NCBI GenBank assembly: GCA_963715245.1
Contig: CAVQRM010000002.1
Location: 155,692 to 219,691 of the forward strand
Direction: 5' to 3'
Length of the DNA stretch: 64,000 nt
DNA from: an uncultured Chloroflexia bacterium
GTDB lineage: Bacteria; Chloroflexota; Limnocylindria; Limnocylindrales; CSP1-4
The first letter of the stretch is position 1, and every line of letters starts with the position of its first letter. This document shows positions 63,729 through 64,000 of this stretch, in pieces. Both the position numbers and the translations under genes were made by a program. The notes under the pieces are model-generated. The model was not told the origin of the DNA. It did not search any database and saw nothing but the letters and a program-made list of their open reading frames with translations.

Positions 63729-64000
63729 GTGATCCCGTTCGTCCTGTTCTCCATGCGCCGCGCCTGGCAGGGCTTCTGGCGCAACGCGCTGATGAGCCTC
63801 GCGGCGACGCTCACGATGGTGCTCATGCTGATGCTGCTGGCGGGCTTCTTCGTCCTGCAGAACGTGCTGCTCGCCAGCCTCGCGTTCGTGGAGCAGAAGG
63901 TGGAGGTCGTCGCCTACCTCGAGAACACGGCGACGCAGGGGCAGGTGGACACCCTGGTCGCATCCGTGACGGCGATGCCGGAGGTGTCGTCCGTTGAGTT
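63729..64000 (+). CDS. ftsX: Cell division permease-like protein FtsX (N-terminal part; continues past the window)
   Basis: GTG 63729; ..RRAWQGFWRNALMSLAATLTMVLML.. first TM then the periplasmic-domain start ..VEVVAYLE.. Confidence 0.8.
   Translation, partial: MIPFVLFSMRRAWQGFWRNALMSLAATLTMVLMLMLLAGFFVLQNVLLASLAFVEQKVEVVAYLENTATQGQVDTLVASVTAMPEVSSVE

Overview
Gene-dense, roughly 70% GC chromosomal window made up almost entirely of housekeeping genes. Its features (frequent GTG starts, ATGA/GTGA start-stop overlaps, apparently leaderless promoters) suggest Actinomycetota or another high-GC Terrabacteria lineage; that is inference only. I support about 65 protein genes.

Gene content, in order:
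- 0-9 kb: an EAL-domain gene fragment, BI-1, a PduO-type adenosyltransferase, a DUF59 protein, a secreted acidic repeat protein, DUF302, OsmC, and a DUF433 pair.
- 9-17 kb: pabC-pabB, a DmpA peptidase, a GNAT acetyltransferase, and an ECF sigma factor with a beta-propeller membrane partner.
- 17-29 kb: lysine 2,3-aminomutase, an MMPL transporter with an AttH-like lipoprotein, DsbA, and a metal ABC importer with an embedded Fur-family regulator.
- 29-36 kb: a cluster of a ferric-reductase-like membrane protein, two coiled-coil proteins and ApbE, then ribokinase, an SDR oxidoreductase and an ABC-2 exporter.
- 36-46.5 kb: rplU-rpmA-rpmE, a J-domain protein, two ion transporters with a CBS protein, and mreD-mrdA-rodA.
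- 46.5-64 kb: a parS site followed by an all-plus-strand block of parA-parB-gyrB-(thioesterase, AlkD-like)-gyrA-prs-secA-ydcF-(Cys-rich ORF)-prfB-GNAT-ftsE-ftsX.

I recognised no rRNA, tRNA, CRISPR array, transposase, integrase, or canonical defence system.

Assembly caveat: at least 30 apparent single-nucleotide indels break at least 15 genes, including essential ones (gyrB, parA/B, mrdA, ftsE). They fall in four blocks, and several sit in short homopolymer runs. I read these as consensus errors rather than real pseudogenes, so any fusion or missing start in this window needs read-level confirmation.

Best candidates for something undescribed, all hypotheses:
1. Ribosomal protein L21 fused to two YegP/DUF1508 repeats.
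2. A 74-aa protein with eight cysteines (two CX3CX2C motifs), translationally coupled to a prfB that keeps its programmed +1 frameshift.
3. An MsrQ-like/ApbE flavinylation-type cluster with no recognisable FMN-binding-domain substrate.
4. A 350-bp gap between convergent genes carrying a 9-mer repeated with exact 51-bp phasing.
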